The translations under genes and the position numbers were made by a program. A stretch of DNA of 64,000 nt from Candidatus Omnitrophota bacterium. GTDB lineage: Bacteria; Omnitrophota; Gorgyraeia; Zapsychrales; JANLHA01. Below, piece by piece: positions 62,182 through 64,000 of the stretch (position 1 is its first letter; every line of letters starts with the position of its first letter). The stretch lies in contig JACKFJ010000003.1 in assembly GCA_020632535.1 (NCBI GenBank), forward strand, positions 166,166 through 230,165. Direction: 5' to 3'. Below the pieces are notes generated by a model, which was not told where the DNA came from, searched no databases, and saw nothing but the letters and a program-made list of their open reading frames with translations.

Positions 62182-62691
62182 TTAACATACCTTAGCGACG
62201 GAAAGGCGATTGAGATTCTTAATATAACTTAAAACTTCTTTTGCATGCGCGGCAGGTTTGACCTTCTCAAATATTTTTAGAATTTTCCCATCCTTACCAA
62301 TAATATAAGTCGTTCGCAACACTCCAAAATACTTCTTCCCATACATGCTTTTTTCACCCCACACACTGTATTTTTTGCAAACTTCCTTATCAGGATCAGA
62401 GAGAAGAAGAAAAGGCAAATAATATTTAGCGATAAACTTCTGATGTGCCGACATATTATCAGGGCTGATTCCCAAAACAATCGTGTCGCATTCAAAAAGA
62501 TCGTCCATCACATCACGAAACCCACACGCTTCCGTTACGCAACCGGGGGTATCATCCTTCGGATAAAAGTAAAGAACAACATTTTTACGTCCCGAATAAT
62601 AACTTAAACTTACCGCGCGTCCATTGTTGGCGATCAATTCAAAATCCGGCGATAATACCCCGGGTTCAAGTTTTTTGACTTTTGTTACCAT
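62182..62691 (-). CDS. bcp: Thiol peroxidase Bcp / peroxiredoxin Q
   Basis: FYPKDDTPGCVTEAC. The start was moved to ATG 62691. The stop abuts the ispG stop with a zero-nt convergent spacer. Confidence 0.85.
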   Translation of the reverse strand: MVTKVKKLEPGVLSPDFELIANNGRAVSLSYYSGRKNVVLYFYPKDDTPGCVTEACGFRDVMDDLFECDTIVLGISPDNMSAHQKFIAKYYLPFLLLSDPDKEVCKKYSVWGEKSMYGKKYFGVLRTTYIIGKDGKILKIFEKVKPAAHAKEVLSYIKNLNRLSVAKVC

Positions 62692-63152
62692 TAGTAGGCC
62701 TTCCAATTCTTTGTTTTGGGCTCATAAATGACTTTCACCAATGCCTCAGCCGGCATTCCATCTTCACGCGGCCAAGATGTAATTTCCAACTTATTGCCAT
62801 CAAGATCATAAAAATACAGTGACCAAGATTTATCACGCTTTTTCGCAAACGCGATTTCAACACCATGATTCTCGAGACGATTGATCATAGCGTCGAAGTC
62901 CTGCGCTTTGACACGAAATGAAAAATGATTAGCGCCCAAACCTTCTTCTTGAAAAGGATGCTTTTCCGCAAAACTTTTAGCCTGAATAAGACCGATGAGC
63001 GCGTCACCACAATCAAGAAAATATTCAATACCGGGCTTGGAAGGTTCCCGTTGCGTTACCGGCAATCCTAAAACTTCGGTATAAAACTTAAGCGTTTTGT
63101 CCAAGTCCTGCACATTAATTGCAACATGATCAATACCTAAAATTGTACTCAT
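62691..63152 (-). CDS. VOC-family (glyoxalase I-like) metalloenzyme
   Basis: IDHVAINVQDLDKTLKFYTEVLG, HFSFRV and LYFYDLDGNKLE. Confidence 0.7.
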   Translation of the reverse strand: MSTILGIDHVAINVQDLDKTLKFYTEVLGLPVTQREPSKPGIEYFLDCGDALIGLIQAKSFAEKHPFQEEGLGANHFSFRVKAQDFDAMINRLENHGVEIAFAKKRDKSWSLYFYDLDGNKLEITSWPREDGMPAEALVKVIYEPKTKNWKAY

Positions 63153-63955
63153 AATTTAATCTTTCGTTCAATTTTTCTTTGTTTAAAAGTGACATATTCC
63201 TTGTAACCAACTTCTCGAGCCAATTTATGCGCGATTTCAAAATCTTCAGCAACTTCCTTTGGGGCATGCGCGTCAGAACCGAATGTTAACGGTATGTCTG
63301 CTTGACAATAAATTCGCAAGGCATCAAAAGACGGATACATTTCATGTACCGGCTTTCGTAAACCCGCCGTATTGATTTCAACAGCAACACCCGCATCCTT
63401 AAAAACTTTTGCGGTTTTCGTGATTTCACTTGTCATATCCGTTGTAGGGCGATGACCAAACTTCTTAACCAAGTCCACATGACCCATAATATTAAAAAGT
63501 TTTGACTGTGCGCTTAAACGCAACAGGTTGTAATATTGTCGATAAATCTGGTCGATATTTTTGCCATTCCAGCTAATCAAATCATTTGGATTATCAAAAC
63601 CCCAACCATCAATAAAATGCACCGAACCGATCACATAATCATACGGATAAGCGCAAAGCATCTCGGCAGACTGCTTCTCATAACCAAGAATAAAATCTGC
63701 TTCTAGCGCAACCTTAATCGAAATTTTGTTTGCAAATTGCGCGCGGACGTCTTCAATCATCTTATGATACTGCGGCAGTTGATCGAAGCGCATGGCAATT
63801 TTGGGATCTTGATAAGCAACAAGCGGGGCGTGATCAGAAAAACCAATTTCTGTGAGACCAGCTTCGATCGCGCGCATAACATATTCACGCGGTTCTCCGA
63901 CGGCGTGACCGCAGAGTGGGGTATGCATATGATAATCAACAGAGGGGACGGACAT
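63149..63955 (-). CDS. PHP-family histidinol-phosphatase (HisJ/HisK type)
   Basis: VDYHMHTPLCGHA, SDHAP, GSVHF, HVD and GSDAH metal-ligand blocks. ATG 63955 is preferred; GTG 63973 is the alternative. Confidence 0.7.
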   Translation of the reverse strand: MSVPSVDYHMHTPLCGHAVGEPREYVMRAIEAGLTEIGFSDHAPLVAYQDPKIAMRFDQLPQYHKMIEDVRAQFANKISIKVALEADFILGYEKQSAEMLCAYPYDYVIGSVHFIDGWGFDNPNDLISWNGKNIDQIYRQYYNLLRLSAQSKLFNIMGHVDLVKKFGHRPTTDMTSEITKTAKVFKDAGVAVEINTAGLRKPVHEMYPSFDALRIYCQADIPLTFGSDAHAPKEVAEDFEIAHKLAREVGYKEYVTFKQRKIERKIKL

Positions 63956-64000
63956 TTTTTCTTTCACTTTCACTCGTGTGTTGCGATTATAGCACGTTGC

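Noticed and set aside
1-64000. tRNA, rRNA, tmRNA or other housekeeping RNA genes.
   Set aside because: I scanned the intergenic regions for T-loop-like GGTTCGAATCC-type motifs and rRNA-like conserved blocks and found none. All gaps over 100 nt are accounted for by promoters, hairpins or GC-rich islands.

Overview
This 64-kb window is a chromosomal segment from a low-GC bacterium (about 40% GC by eye). Prepilin-type proteins, lipoproteins and an O-antigen-ligase-like protein suggest a Gram-negative-type envelope, and the lineage is probably uncultivated. I support about 70 protein-coding genes. I found no rRNA, tRNA, CRISPR array, transposase or integrase.

Housekeeping content:
- A long co-directional array: nfu, a PCD-like gene, an Rrf2 regulator, sufBCDSU and moaA.
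- ispH followed by a ferredoxin gene, divergent from ispG.
- moaE-murB, miaB, nadA-metX-metW, lhgO, dus, bcp and a yahK-like alcohol dehydrogenase.
- A Zwf-Gnd fusion ORF.

Less ordinary content:
- The best candidate for an undescribed system is at 31.1-33.8 kb. A MoeZ-type E1-rhodanese sits divergent from a BNR/Asp-box beta-propeller. That propeller gene is translationally coupled to a GG-terminated CysO/MoaD-like beta-grasp protein. No known sulfur-acceptor enzyme or JAMM peptidase is nearby.
- A ThiF-nitroreductase fusion.
- A divergent SelO-like pseudokinase gene behind a perfect 26-bp palindrome, followed by small Cys-rich secreted proteins.
- Two SET-domain paralogs.
- A class D beta-lactamase.
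- A 1124-aa secreted protein of unknown function next to a stand-alone receiver domain and an O-antigen-ligase-like membrane protein.
- A RhuM-Doc fusion in a decayed islet (39.3-42.5 kb).

Non-coding structure:
- Five GACTTTTC repeats phased at exactly 10 bp, abutting a promoter.
- Two long perfect inverted repeats (18 bp and 26 bp) that enclose GC-rich cores between co-transcribed genes.
- A GC-rich 119-nt insertion between sufB and sufC.
- A dispersed REP-like palindrome family (GGATTCCCG...CGGGAATGACA) at three loci.

All functional calls rest on motifs I recognised by eye in the translations. No database search was run.
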